Shown: positions 47,333 to 58,112 of the stretch, piece after piece
Position numbering within the stretch: position 1 is the first letter of the stretch
Layout of the letters: each line of letters opens with the position of its first letter
Source: an uncultured Alphaproteobacteria bacterium
GTDB lineage: Bacteria > Pseudomonadota > Alphaproteobacteria > Rs-D84
Assembly: GCA_949156565.1 (NCBI GenBank)
Contig: CASCZI010000007.1
Location: 10,311-74,310, forward strand
Direction of reading: 5' to 3'
Length of the DNA: 64,000 nt
The notes under the pieces: model-generated
Told to the model about the DNA's origin: nothing
Seen by the model: only the letters and a program-made list of their open reading frames with translations
Database searches by the model: none
Translations under genes and position numbers: made by a program

Positions 47333-50300
47333 TATTTACACTCCATTTCCTGCAAAAATTCATCCAGCTTACTATCCAACGTCTTATCCTGTGCAATTAA
47401 ATCGCTAAAATATTCATTTAAATCTAATTCCAGTTGTTCCTTAACTTGACTGTTTATTCCCTTGGTGTATATCTTATCCAGGGCATTTAACGCCGATACA
47501 ATATCAATATTGCCATCTGCTTTAAAATTCCGAAAACCGGCAATTCTCTGCCCTAATTCTTTTGCAATTTCTTGGGCAACCTTGCTATTTCTTAATTCTT
47601 CAATTAATGGATAATTATTCTCTGCCTGGGCTTTTCTCTCCAACGCCGTATAGATGTCCGATGCAAACAATCCATCTTGTTCCGCCATTTGACCATTTAT
47701 TATCGCCAATGCATCCGTTTCACGGGTTTGTACAAACAAATCTGCCGCCTCTGCAACGGCTATCATATCACGATGTGTGTCATACTTACCTAAAACGGCA
47801 TTATTTTCTGTAATGCCTTTTGCTAATGCGATTTTATCCAACCGCTGTTGCAATCTATTCGTATTTCCCCCTTCTTTTTCAAAACGCTTTGCCTTTTCAT
47901 TCAGTATTTCTATGGCTTTAATCGCATCAGATCTCTCTTTGTCCTGCATTGACATAGTTTCTATGGACGCATTATTTGCCGCTTCAACCATTTGATTTAA
48001 CTTCTGTTCTGCTGCTTGATCTTCGCTTATTTCGCCACGTTTAACCTGCGCTTCTAATAAACCGAATTTATTGGCCCGTTCAAAGAATTCAACAAACTCC
48101 GGCTTTAATTCACCAACCTTGCCAAATGTACGATCAAAATACTTTGCTGAATCAATCAAATTTTCATATATGTCAACCAGACTTTGTCGATAATCTTCCA
48201 TATATTCTTCGACCGCGGCGCGTTCTTCGGGTGTATTTATACGTAAAATTTTTTCCCAATCTTTCTTTTGCAATAACCATCCTTCATATGCGCGTGCAAA
48301 TTTTTCCGATGCGTCATATGTAAAATATGTGTCTTTTGCCGTAATACCAATTGCCTTTTCTACTGCGCCCCATGACCGGATAAAATCCTCTGACGCGTGT
48401 CGTGATCGCGCCCATCGAAAATATTCCTGGCCCCAATCATGTGCCAATTCGTGGGCCAATGTTGACACGTCCATATTTGCTGTTTTGGCAATAAATCGAT
48501 ATTGGGGGATATATGCGCCCCGATATACGTCCCCTTGGCCGGATATGCGTCCCTGGGCCTGGATTTCATCCTCTGACTTGACATTTGATTTTAATTGATT
48601 TATAATATCGTATAAAGACCGACCAAGCATGATTGTTGGATTTTTATCTGACCGCTTGGCGGTTTTTTTATCTAACCATGCGTCAATGCTTTTTTCTGTC
48701 GTTTGTCTTTCGTTTGTGTTAAATGCTGTTGTGATATAGCCGTCTGGCGAAATCATAACGCCATACACAATATCTCCGGAACGAACCTTTAATCTTGCGT
48801 TTTGGCCATATTTATTTACATCATCCGGGTCAATGACCGCTTTTTCTATATTGTCTATGCTGTTTAATAACAACTGCCAATCTTTGGCCGACATTCCGTG
48901 TTTATTTATATCATGCCTAATCGTATCAAACGGCACGCGCACAGAAATGTCTCCAACATCATGCCTGAAATACGGTTTGTATTTTGGGGCTTGGTTCTCC
49001 ATAACCTGATTATAAAATTCCACAATATCTGTTTTGGGCGATGCATACATCGCACTTTGAAACATCACCTCTTCATTTTCATCAATCTGTGTTCCGTCCA
49101 TTGCTGGGGCCAATTTGTTATTCACCTTCATCTCTCGAATTGATTGCTTTACCTGTTTTATTGCGCGATTTATATCCCTTTGTTCGGTTAAACTACGAAT
49201 TTTTGCTTCTTTTGTTTGTTTCTCGGTTTCTTGTTTAATCCGTCTTTCCCGGGCTTTTTCTGCGCCGGTGGCCATTGCCGCGGCCAAATTATTATTTTCT
49301 TCATCCTGTTTTATTGCCGCCGAACGCGATTTTCTTTCAATCTCACGCAATTGACGCATTTTTGATACACGCATACGCTGCTCGTTCAGCATATTTGCTA
49401 TTTCTGCTTTGTCTGTGCGTGCCAGGTCGCTGATCTTTTCTGGTAATGTCTTTTGAAATTGTTCTATTTTTGCTTCAATTTCTTCAATCTTGGCATAGTT
49501 TTTCTGTTCTACCGAATTCAAATCTTTTAATTGTGTTTGCAATTGAACAAATTCGTCGTTTAATACGTTTATTTCCGCCCGACGATGTTCCGGAATTCCC
49601 GCTCTAAACCACCCTAATTCATTTACCATCCCTTGCAATATTGGGTGTCGCGACAACGGAACTTTACGCTCTAATGAATCATACAGCATGTTTTCCAATT
49701 CCAATGTTGTCGTTGCTTCAATCGCCGCGGCACGTTCTTTTTCACTCATATCCGCATCTGCAAACATTGTTGCGACTTTTTCGCGAACATTATCCCGTAT
49801 CTTGCCCTTGTCGTTTGTTGCTTCTAATTGTGCGATTAATTCCGGGGCAAATGATTTCATTGCCTTGGATTCTGTTTCACGCCACACTGTTTCGGCTATT
49901 TTTTCTGCTTCCGCCGGTGTTTTTTCTGGGGATACCGTTTGAACGATTTGTTCAATATTGCGTTTGGCACGTCCTTTATTGAAATGATAATATACACCAC
50001 CAATACCACCACCCAAAACGCCCCCAACAACCGCATCTTTGACATAATCACCAAAATTATCTGCCAATATATCTATATCTTCATTCCCCTTTAATACCTC
50101 GGTAAAATCGCTGGCGGCTCCCTGGACCCCTTCTTGTAATGCATTGTCAACCGCCTCCTTCGCAAATGCACCTAATCGGCTTCCCGCCTTTAATACTTTG
50201 CCATTTATCAATCGACCTGTACCAAACATCATTTCTGATGCAATTTGAAAAACAGCATTTCCATAATCCAGTGCTAAATTTAACGGGTCTGTTTCATATC

Positions 50301-50883
50301 CATCTAAATTCTCATGTTCCTGGACATATTTCGCCATATCATTCAATGCACCATCCGACAAAGATGTTGTTCCAACGAATGCCCCTAATCCTACCGCACC
50401 CGTCGCCGCTCCAATGGCTAACATTTCGGCCATTGACATCGCTCCACCGGTAAATTTTGCGGTCCATGTTTCGGCATCACCATAATTGGAATCAAGAAAA
50501 CGGCTTTCTTCCATTGTCTTCATTAATTTGTCGGCGGCTCTATCACGCATTTCAACGCCAATTGTGCCGCCACTTATACCGGACAATGTATTCCCCAACG
50601 CCATCTGTGCTTTTTCCGGCAATGACGCTAAATCCAGAATCCCCTTACGAAATGTATCCCATGCTATCGTTCCTGTATCTGATGTGATTGTATCTAAATC
50701 TTGAATACCGTACACCCTATTGACCGGGTCTACACTTGCCATATCCACGTCATTCGATGTTAAAAACGGATTTGCGCCAAAATCCGGTGATTTGATCGCC
50801 CGTTGATAACTTTCTGATAATGATATACTGGGATTCATGCTTGTGGGTACTGAAAAATCTTCTATTTCCCTAAATGTTGTCAT
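47332..50883 (-). CDS. Large internal virion/ejection polyvalent protein
   Basis: 1183 aa; Gly-rich hydrophobic patches, coiled coils, HELAH zincin-like motif. Confidence 0.65.
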   Translation of the reverse strand: MTTFREIEDFSVPTSMNPSISLSESYQRAIKSPDFGANPFLTSNDVDMASVDPVNRVYGIQDLDTITSDTGTIAWDTFRKGILDLASLPEKAQMALGNTLSGISGGTIGVEMRDRAADKLMKTMEESRFLDSNYGDAETWTAKFTGGAMSMAEMLAIGAATGAVGLGAFVGTTSLSDGALNDMAKYVQEHENLDGYETDPLNLALDYGNAVFQIASEMMFGTGRLINGKVLKAGSRLGAFAKEAVDNALQEGVQGAASDFTEVLKGNEDIDILADNFGDYVKDAVVGGVLGGGIGGVYYHFNKGRAKRNIEQIVQTVSPEKTPAEAEKIAETVWRETESKAMKSFAPELIAQLEATNDKGKIRDNVREKVATMFADADMSEKERAAAIEATTTLELENMLYDSLERKVPLSRHPILQGMVNELGWFRAGIPEHRRAEINVLNDEFVQLQTQLKDLNSVEQKNYAKIEEIEAKIEQFQKTLPEKISDLARTDKAEIANMLNEQRMRVSKMRQLREIERKSRSAAIKQDEENNNLAAAMATGAEKARERRIKQETEKQTKEAKIRSLTEQRDINRAIKQVKQSIREMKVNNKLAPAMDGTQIDENEEVMFQSAMYASPKTDIVEFYNQVMENQAPKYKPYFRHDVGDISVRVPFDTIRHDINKHGMSAKDWQLLLNSIDNIEKAVIDPDDVNKYGQNARLKVRSGDIVYGVMISPDGYITTAFNTNERQTTEKSIDAWLDKKTAKRSDKNPTIMLGRSLYDIINQLKSNVKSEDEIQAQGRISGQGDVYRGAYIPQYRFIAKTANMDVSTLAHELAHDWGQEYFRWARSRHASEDFIRSWGAVEKAIGITAKDTYFTYDASEKFARAYEGWLLQKKDWEKILRINTPEERAAVEEYMEDYRQSLVDIYENLIDSAKYFDRTFGKVGELKPEFVEFFERANKFGLLEAQVKRGEISEDQAAEQKLNQMVEAANNASIETMSMQDKERSDAIKAIEILNEKAKRFEKEGGNTNRLQQRLDKIALAKGITENNAVLGKYDTHRDMIAVAEAADLFVQTRETDALAIINGQMAEQDGLFASDIYTALERKAQAENNYPLIEELRNSKVAQEIAKELGQRIAGFRNFKADGNIDIVSALNALDKIYTKGINSQVKEQLELDLNEYFSDLIAQDKTLDSKLDEFLQEMECK

Positions 50884-50884
50884 A

Positions 50885-52825
50885 CTACATCGCTCCCATA
50901 TTGGATTTTTTAATCATTTGGGCGGCTTTTATGCCTGTATAAAAATTAACGGGTTCCCATATGGGATTCCCGGCCACATCAATTCCTTTATACAGATAAT
51001 CATTTCCGTGAATTTTCGCTAATGCAACGCCTTTTTGCTCATACTGCTTTTGTATGGCATCCATATTTATTCCAAAGAAGTCATTAATTGTGTCATTATA
51101 TGCCTTTTCAACTCCCTTCATATACATTTTTGTAATTTCTTGTTCTGACATACTTCCATTGGACCATTCTGCAATGGTATGACGCAATACATCACGCGTC
51201 CTGCTTTCCATTTTTTCATTAATCCGTGTTCGCATTGATCCGGTTAATCGCGGCGAATCCCAGAAATTATCCGGCATAAAATTTTTTGTGTTTTCTATAA
51301 AATCATTAATCTGTGTTTTAAATGAACGATCAAACATCGTTTGATTTATTACTTTCTCATAATTATTAAAATCTTCCTGGCTTATTTCTTCATTCTTTGC
51401 ATTATTTAGGGCCTTTAAACCCTTCAATAAAACATTATCAACGTTTCCATCTTTATCACTATCAACTTGTGCCAATGCTTTTAAATCATCAAACATTTTC
51501 TTGGTACCGCTATAATCCGAAAAATCTTTCATGGATACATTGCCAAAGTTTTCTCGATATTTTAACATATTATCTAATAATTCTTTGCTTTTTTGTTTTT
51601 GACTTTTCATATCTTCCGGCAATGGGGACATATTATTTTCTGGCTTTACATATGACATTTGATTATCTTGTTCAAACCATTTTATGTTTTCATTAGTTGG
51701 CAATTTCATAAAATCTTTAAATCGTTCGATTTTTTGTTCTTCGTGTGCTTTTTTTTCCTTTAATATACTTTCGCCTAATGATTTTTGTAAAATTGGATCA
51801 ACTGAATCCGCAATCTCTTTCCGTATGGCTTCAACCGACTTTTCGCTGTAATCTTCATCGTTAATAGATTCTAATTCTTTTTCAAATTTCTTCTTTTGCT
51901 TGGCCAATTCACGATACTGTGGGCTCCCTTTCTTTGTGTTCTCCATACCCGCGTTAATCATGACAATATTATCTTTAATCTGGCGTTCCTGTGTTTTACG
52001 AATAATATCATTTACCCCCTGCGTCATTTCTTCTGGTACAGATTCACGAAAATTATCCATGGAATCCAACATGGCTTTTGCCTTGACCGGATTTGTTTGT
52101 GCCATATTTTCATAAAACTTGGTCAATGAATTGCGATCTGCTTCATATAATGCGGCCGGGGCTCCGATGGGCGCCGTTTTTTGGATATAATCATCCAATA
52201 ACTGGCGATTTTCGGCGTGCGCCTGCTTAAACCCGGCAACATCTCCGGCGGACCCGTATACGCCAGCGGTTTCCTCCATGGTTTTGGCCGTTGCTCTGGC
52301 TGATTCTTCCCCCTGTTTTAATTTTTGTTGATATGCCCATTTAATGTCATTGCTAATAAAATCGTTGACCTTGCCCTGTGTCTTTTCCTGAAATACGGCC
52401 GTACCCACCTCTCCTAACCCTTTGCCATATTGGGAACTTAACCGTGAATATTCTTCGCGCATGGCCCGTTCATGATCCGGGGTTCCGATCAATGTCGGAT
52501 TATTTGTTCGTTGATCTAAATTCCATCGCAACAGGTCGTTTTCCAATCGCCCCGCCATATCCGCCGCAATTAATTTATCCGCCGCGTCAAATGTTTTCTT
52601 TTGATCTGCTATTCTTTTTTGTTCGGATTTAATGTTGCTTTCAACGTTTTTTTGATATTCCGCATCTTCCTTTTTCTGTTTTTCTTCCCCGAATTTATTT
52701 AAAACCATACCACTTTTAACCAATATAGGATTAACATGTTGAATACCTTGTGATACGGCAATACTTGACGACGACACGTCCGGTGCCTGAATTTTAGTAT
52801 TTTTTCGTCTAACAATCTCAACCAT
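50885..52825 (-). CDS. Internal virion protein
   Basis: Long helical protein in podoviral core-protein position. Confidence 0.6.
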   Translation of the reverse strand: MVEIVRRKNTKIQAPDVSSSSIAVSQGIQHVNPILVKSGMVLNKFGEEKQKKEDAEYQKNVESNIKSEQKRIADQKKTFDAADKLIAADMAGRLENDLLRWNLDQRTNNPTLIGTPDHERAMREEYSRLSSQYGKGLGEVGTAVFQEKTQGKVNDFISNDIKWAYQQKLKQGEESARATAKTMEETAGVYGSAGDVAGFKQAHAENRQLLDDYIQKTAPIGAPAALYEADRNSLTKFYENMAQTNPVKAKAMLDSMDNFRESVPEEMTQGVNDIIRKTQERQIKDNIVMINAGMENTKKGSPQYRELAKQKKKFEKELESINDEDYSEKSVEAIRKEIADSVDPILQKSLGESILKEKKAHEEQKIERFKDFMKLPTNENIKWFEQDNQMSYVKPENNMSPLPEDMKSQKQKSKELLDNMLKYRENFGNVSMKDFSDYSGTKKMFDDLKALAQVDSDKDGNVDNVLLKGLKALNNAKNEEISQEDFNNYEKVINQTMFDRSFKTQINDFIENTKNFMPDNFWDSPRLTGSMRTRINEKMESRTRDVLRHTIAEWSNGSMSEQEITKMYMKGVEKAYNDTINDFFGINMDAIQKQYEQKGVALAKIHGNDYLYKGIDVAGNPIWEPVNFYTGIKAAQMIKKSNMGAM

Positions 52826-52837
52826 TTCTCATTCCCC

Positions 52838-53335
52838 CTATAAAAATAATTTTGCGACTGTACCAACCGTTCCTGTTCCTGCACCGAATATTCCCGATAT
52901 TTCACTTGCCTTGCGTTTTTCTTTCATGCTTTTTATGGCTGTATCATATTGACGTATCATCTGATTCATGTCCTGTGTTGATGCGGACTTGTTGGATTCT
53001 ATGACGTCTCTCGCTGTGCCCATATTGTAATCTAATCCCGATTCATAAAAACTAATCTTGTTACTTGCTAATTGATCCGCTATAAACTGCTCATAATTCG
53101 CAATATTATATGCTTTTTCCTCACGCAATGCTTTTATGTTTTCACTAAATTGATTGTATTGTGCTTTTACCCCCATAAGAGATCCCGCAACACCCATAAC
53201 GCCACCGATAACTTCTAATCCTATTCCAGCCGCTTTAATCTTTGATATTCCTACGTTGGGATTCGTTTTTGTATATTGACTTTCCGGATCACCATACATC
53301 CCACCGGATAAAATGGCCATATCATCGCCCATCAT
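52838..53335 (-). CDS. Small internal virion protein (T7 gp14-like position)
   Basis: Gly/Ala-rich amphipathic termini; SG..Y..GTA motif. Confidence 0.6.
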   Translation of the reverse strand: MMGDDMAILSGGMYGDPESQYTKTNPNVGISKIKAAGIGLEVIGGVMGVAGSLMGVKAQYNQFSENIKALREEKAYNIANYEQFIADQLASNKISFYESGLDYNMGTARDVIESNKSASTQDMNQMIRQYDTAIKSMKEKRKASEISGIFGAGTGTVGTVAKLFL

Positions 53336-53336
53336 G

Positions 53337-56318
53337 TTATTTTCCCCCCATATTACTATAATTGATAAACACTTCTATTGAATTAACCGTAAATGGCAAT
53401 CCTTTCGTGCTACGCAATATGATATATTTCGTCCATTCCGGTGTATCTTCGGGAACCTTTATATAAACATCATTCATTGTAATGGGGGCTAAATCATAAT
53501 GACTTGATTTGTTAATGTCTTCAATGGGTTGCATGTAATCAACTGACGTTCCAACTTCCAAATGCTGGGTATTGATGACAGATAAATTTATCTGTTGAAC
53601 CGTCTTTTTTGATTCATATGGTTTTTGTATTTTCAAATATGCATATGCATCATACACTGAACCATATGTAATCCTATAAACCATACTTGGTAATTCTACG
53701 CCAGAATCTAATACCACCTTATTGTTTGTTCTCATAAAAACAACACCGACATGTGGTCCCGGCGTCGTATAACTTAACAATAAAACATCACCATCTACAC
53801 CACCTGACTTTACATCTTCAAGCGGATCGCCATCTGTCCCATATAATGTCTCTCCTGGTTGTGGGTTCTCTGATTTCGAATAAATTACACCTTCACCATT
53901 GGCGGTTCTCCACTCATATGCTTCAAATTCGTTCCGTTTCAGATCAAGATATCTTCCCTGACTAATTGCCGCAATTTTTATACCCGTTGGCATATTGGGT
54001 CTTAATTTATTAATTTCTTTGAAAACTACATCAAAATATTCTGACTTTCCTCGACGATCAATTATATCAATTTCAACATCTGTCGGCTGAACAATGTCAT
54101 TTGTTGGCTCTCTAAATAACTGTGGCGTTTCTGGTGTATATGGGTTCCCACTCATCGCGTTAAATCCAGATACATATGTAAAATAAACAAATTCATTATT
54201 TTCATATTTATAAACCGGTGTGCCAACTTGTGGATTATCTGTTTCCATATATACCCTATATATATTTTGATAAACTTGATAATAATACGCATAATGAACA
54301 TCACTTGTTTGATTTAATACTTTTACAATTGCCCATTCTTTATCATTATTAATTTGTCCAAGCATCAATTTTTGACCGACATACGGACTCATATCAAACG
54401 ATGTATATATATTATTATCCGTAAATGTTCCATTCATTAACACCCGTTCATCATATGATCTATAGCTGTCCAGGGCTATATTTTTATCCAAATTGTCATA
54501 TGTCGCCCATTTTTTATCTTCCGATGATAATAACGGGGATTGCGTATCTATGTATGATCCATGATCTAATTTTTCTTCAATCGCCCATTGACCGCCACGA
54601 TTTGTTACCATTAATAATTTATCTTTTGATCCATTTTTCGCACTACATATATCAAATATATCTCCACTTTGAATAGATATGGAAAAAAACCCAGAATATG
54701 CATTTTTTTTAAATAATAATGCAAACATCTTTTGACTGTTTGTCAATCCGTAAATTAATTCTGAATCATTATTAATGTAACAAAGTTCATTAATGCCATC
54801 ATTTGTTATATCCTTTGCATATTCGGAAATATCATTTACTTGATATCTCTCAAGCAAAAGATCATAATCAATTGCGTATAATTTATTTTTATTATTTGAC
54901 GTATAAATTAATACGTCATCTTTAAATGCTGGAATTGCGTCACCTGCAGGCATTCGATTCTTTAAATTAAATTCTATATTTTGATTTGTGGCTAACATTC
55001 CGTCATTACCTGAATCAACAAAGCTAATTCCATCCTCCGAAAATGCATACAATACTTTCTGTGCGCCTAAAATATTCGATATTTGTGATTTTAACTGATT
55101 ACAATCTAACGATAAATAATCATCAAATGCGATCGGATTACTAACTGTGAACGTGTCATTATTCCCGAATTTCGATGCAATTACTCGATATGGGAATAAA
55201 TCAAATCCTCCAAACCACAAACGATTTTGAAAAAATGATACGCTGGATGGAAATCCCAAACTTGTCCATAACGTTGTCGGGGAATCTGGCGTATATATAC
55301 CATATGTTAAATTTGCATTTTTAAATGATATCTTATATGGTTGCGCTCCCTTTTGTGTTAATATCATTTCTGTGTTATGCTGTGAATACTTTATATTTTT
55401 TAAATCATTAAATGGCGTATTCTGTATAATTAATGGCGCCATTTGTGTCGGCAGGAATTCAATATCAGATATAAATAGTTTTGATACATCACTGTCAGAT
55501 ACTGTCATAGTTGGCAGACCTTTAACCCGATTTGAAAAAAATATTTTCCAATATTTATGTGGTGTAATATATTCAACATTTCCAACATCAAATTCATACA
55601 CGCTATCACATTTTGTTGTGATTTTTCCATGAACTAAGTTTCCATTTGTGTACGTATTTGATATATTTGTCTTAATGGACGTCCATAAATTTCCATCATC
55701 TGAATACTGAATAACTGGATCTATTGCCGCTAAATAGTATATTTTGTTTTTATCTCTTAAAATGCCATTCAAATGCGTGTCCCATTTGATATGACATTTA
55801 CTGAATACAACTGGATTATCGTTAGATATTGTAAGAAAATGATTCTTTTCCTTATCAACCAACCAATCATTATAAACATCAAAACTTCCACCTGTCCCAT
55901 CAAAGGTTTGATATTTATTATCTAACGAACTGGACGTGTCTATGGTCCAATTTCCGTTTGTATTTGATTCCCATCCTGTTGTTGGGAATTGCGGTGCATC
56001 ACCACTTGTCGTCATATACGGATTAAAACTACCATCTGATGCAAATTGATAACATTCGACTGAATCTTCACCAAATGTAAAGATAATATCATTATTATTC
56101 GGCAATCTAAACGGAACCAATACACGCTTTCCCGGTAAATTTATTAGATGTTTTGTCCCCAAGCGTTTCCGCAATTCACCCTTTGGACCAGATACAACAT
56201 TCAAACCATGGGCGAATCCTGTCGACACAATACCGCCTGAGACACCTTCCATACTTTGGGCCGTCCTATCATATTGACCGCTAAAAAAACTATTCTGCAC
56301 CAATTTTTGTGTCGGCAT
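53337..56318 (-). CDS. Tail tubular protein B / nozzle
   Basis: QNSFFSGQ, RKRLGT, PSSVSFFQNRLWFG, beta-propeller-like repeats. Confidence 0.85.
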   Translation of the reverse strand: MPTQKLVQNSFFSGQYDRTAQSMEGVSGGIVSTGFAHGLNVVSGPKGELRKRLGTKHLINLPGKRVLVPFRLPNNNDIIFTFGEDSVECYQFASDGSFNPYMTTSGDAPQFPTTGWESNTNGNWTIDTSSSLDNKYQTFDGTGGSFDVYNDWLVDKEKNHFLTISNDNPVVFSKCHIKWDTHLNGILRDKNKIYYLAAIDPVIQYSDDGNLWTSIKTNISNTYTNGNLVHGKITTKCDSVYEFDVGNVEYITPHKYWKIFFSNRVKGLPTMTVSDSDVSKLFISDIEFLPTQMAPLIIQNTPFNDLKNIKYSQHNTEMILTQKGAQPYKISFKNANLTYGIYTPDSPTTLWTSLGFPSSVSFFQNRLWFGGFDLFPYRVIASKFGNNDTFTVSNPIAFDDYLSLDCNQLKSQISNILGAQKVLYAFSEDGISFVDSGNDGMLATNQNIEFNLKNRMPAGDAIPAFKDDVLIYTSNNKNKLYAIDYDLLLERYQVNDISEYAKDITNDGINELCYINNDSELIYGLTNSQKMFALLFKKNAYSGFFSISIQSGDIFDICSAKNGSKDKLLMVTNRGGQWAIEEKLDHGSYIDTQSPLLSSEDKKWATYDNLDKNIALDSYRSYDERVLMNGTFTDNNIYTSFDMSPYVGQKLMLGQINNDKEWAIVKVLNQTSDVHYAYYYQVYQNIYRVYMETDNPQVGTPVYKYENNEFVYFTYVSGFNAMSGNPYTPETPQLFREPTNDIVQPTDVEIDIIDRRGKSEYFDVVFKEINKLRPNMPTGIKIAAISQGRYLDLKRNEFEAYEWRTANGEGVIYSKSENPQPGETLYGTDGDPLEDVKSGGVDGDVLLLSYTTPGPHVGVVFMRTNNKVVLDSGVELPSMVYRITYGSVYDAYAYLKIQKPYESKKTVQQINLSVINTQHLEVGTSVDYMQPIEDINKSSHYDLAPITMNDVYIKVPEDTPEWTKYIILRSTKGLPFTVNSIEVFINYSNMGGK

Positions 56319-56911
56319 TATGAATATCTCCGGGGAAACATCCATACATTTTTCTGTAATACATGGTGTTTCTTCTTAATTTTTGCATCGCGTGCATTTA
56401 ATGAATTGAACTGACTGACTTGTGTCATGTATTCTGCATCCGCAACATTTTTCGCCGTGGCATCTTTTGTTAAAAATGCAACACATTTTTTTGCCAATGC
56501 GGCCGCCATCAATTCGTCAAATTCATCCGTCCACAGCAATGTGTCAATAACATCTTGTACATAATTAATATTAATAAATCCTTGTGTGCTACTTTTTACT
56601 TCAATTCTGTTCCCATATTCCGTGAACTCTGTATGACCATTAACTTTTTGAATGTACAGGCAATCACGCGGCTTTAAAAACTCAATATCCGACATTGGAT
56701 TTGCCGGATCAATCGGTGTCCCCAATAATTTACGATCTTCAATACATGCGAAACGGGGGCGCGTTCGTTTTAATTCCTTCCGCCGTGTCTGTGCAAAATA
56801 TGCGGAAAATACTTTATCGGATTCTGATATTGGATCATCTAAATTTGTACAATCTGCACGCAAACCAATAATACGCAGCGCATCATTGCATAATTCAACC
56901 GGTGTTTTCAT
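56318..56911 (-). CDS. Tail tubular protein A / adaptor
   Basis: ELCNDALRIIG, FLKPRDCL, WTDEFDELMAAALA. Confidence 0.85.
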   Translation of the reverse strand: MKTPVELCNDALRIIGLRADCTNLDDPISESDKVFSAYFAQTRRKELKRTRPRFACIEDRKLLGTPIDPANPMSDIEFLKPRDCLYIQKVNGHTEFTEYGNRIEVKSSTQGFININYVQDVIDTLLWTDEFDELMAAALAKKCVAFLTKDATAKNVADAEYMTQVSQFNSLNARDAKIKKKHHVLQKNVWMFPRRYS

Positions 56912-56936
56912 GATATTCTTCTATGTTAAAATGAAT

Positions 56937-56961
56937 GGGTGGCGCAACCACGTCGCCACCC
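56937..56961 (-). terminator. Terminator after the major capsid gene
   Basis: GGGTGGCG-N9-CGCCACCC followed by ATTCATTTT. Confidence 0.7.
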
Positions 56962-56973
56962 AAACCACGTTTA

Positions 56974-57927
56974 TTACGAACCAGATGACGGAACGCTCTC
57001 AATCGTTGTTTCTAACTTTTGAACACGCGCGCCTTCCGTTCGGCATGCACCAACTTCCAATTTGACACGCACCATTTGTGCATTTAAATAGGTCTCCATT
57101 TTCGGGAAATGTTCGACTTCTTTTACATCAATTTTGGCGACCAACGCCCCCGGTGCCAACACAAGACACGTCCGTTTTGAACTTGTTTCTGCCAAAATTG
57201 GATTAGGAATCGTACCATTTTCATCAGATCCTGGGACGACAAACACCTTATATGTGTCAAAGATTCGTTGGCAACGAACTTTGTTCTCGTCGCTATATGT
57301 GGTATATAAACGATTCACCAACTTATCCAAAGACAAAAATTGTGCTTCTTCGCTTCCCGTAACAAAAACTGCAGAATTCTGCCATTCTGTATCGTCCACC
57401 AACCCCGAATTTTGAAAGTTTTTGGCTATTTTTCTCAAAATTGCTTCGGTAATTCCGCCCGTTGCGTCTAACGTTCGTCCACCATCCGCCGCAAAGGCAA
57501 CTGATGTTTTTGTCGATTCCGGTGCACCAACTTGAACGGTGGCCGTCGATGCAGTGGCACAAACACGGTCGATTTGCCGATTCCCAGCCGCCACGGCATT
57601 CACCATCAATGACGACGTCGGATCGGCGATTGCCTTAGAAACGTCGATTTCTTTATCGATCAACAATTCCGCCCAATAGATATTGGTGTACCACGATCGG
57701 TTATCGGTTGACCAATTCGTTTTTGTTGAACTATCCGATGCTTTATTCTTGCTATCAATCGGACCGGACATTTCAAACGGTAAAACTCTCGACATATTGT
57801 GGATGGCACCGTTTTCACTTTCATATTCAATCACGCCTGCTCTTTGAAAAACAGACTGCTTTTGCTGTGCTGTTTTAAAATAGGTGCTACGAAACACCTC
57901 CAGCAAGGCATTCGATGTCGATTGCAT
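56974..57927 (-). CDS. Major capsid protein (BPP-1/Bbp17-like)
   Basis: AQQKQS, NRQIDR, C-terminal GACRTEGARV; AAGGAG RBS; synteny. Confidence 0.8.
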   Translation of the reverse strand: MQSTSNALLEVFRSTYFKTAQQKQSVFQRAGVIEYESENGAIHNMSRVLPFEMSGPIDSKNKASDSSTKTNWSTDNRSWYTNIYWAELLIDKEIDVSKAIADPTSSLMVNAVAAGNRQIDRVCATASTATVQVGAPESTKTSVAFAADGGRTLDATGGITEAILRKIAKNFQNSGLVDDTEWQNSAVFVTGSEEAQFLSLDKLVNRLYTTYSDENKVRCQRIFDTYKVFVVPGSDENGTIPNPILAETSSKRTCLVLAPGALVAKIDVKEVEHFPKMETYLNAQMVRVKLEVGACRTEGARVQKLETTIESVPSSGS

Positions 57928-57949
57928 TGTTATTCTCCTTATCTACAAT

Positions 57950-58112
57950 CATTGTTGCTGTGTATCGCAATGTCGGCCTGGGTAGCCCCTGGCTTTTGCT
58001 CGCTTTTATTTGAAAAGAAGAAAAGCGTTAAAAACTTCCGTGATTTCGCGCTTCCGTTCCCACAGGGTCTGCGCTAATCACCACATAAAGAAAGGGGACA
58101 CATCCCCTTTCC
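57950..58112 (-). promoter_or_regulatory. Multi-hairpin leader upstream of the capsid gene
   Basis: Five inverted-repeat pairs in about 165 nt (see findings). Confidence 0.5.
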
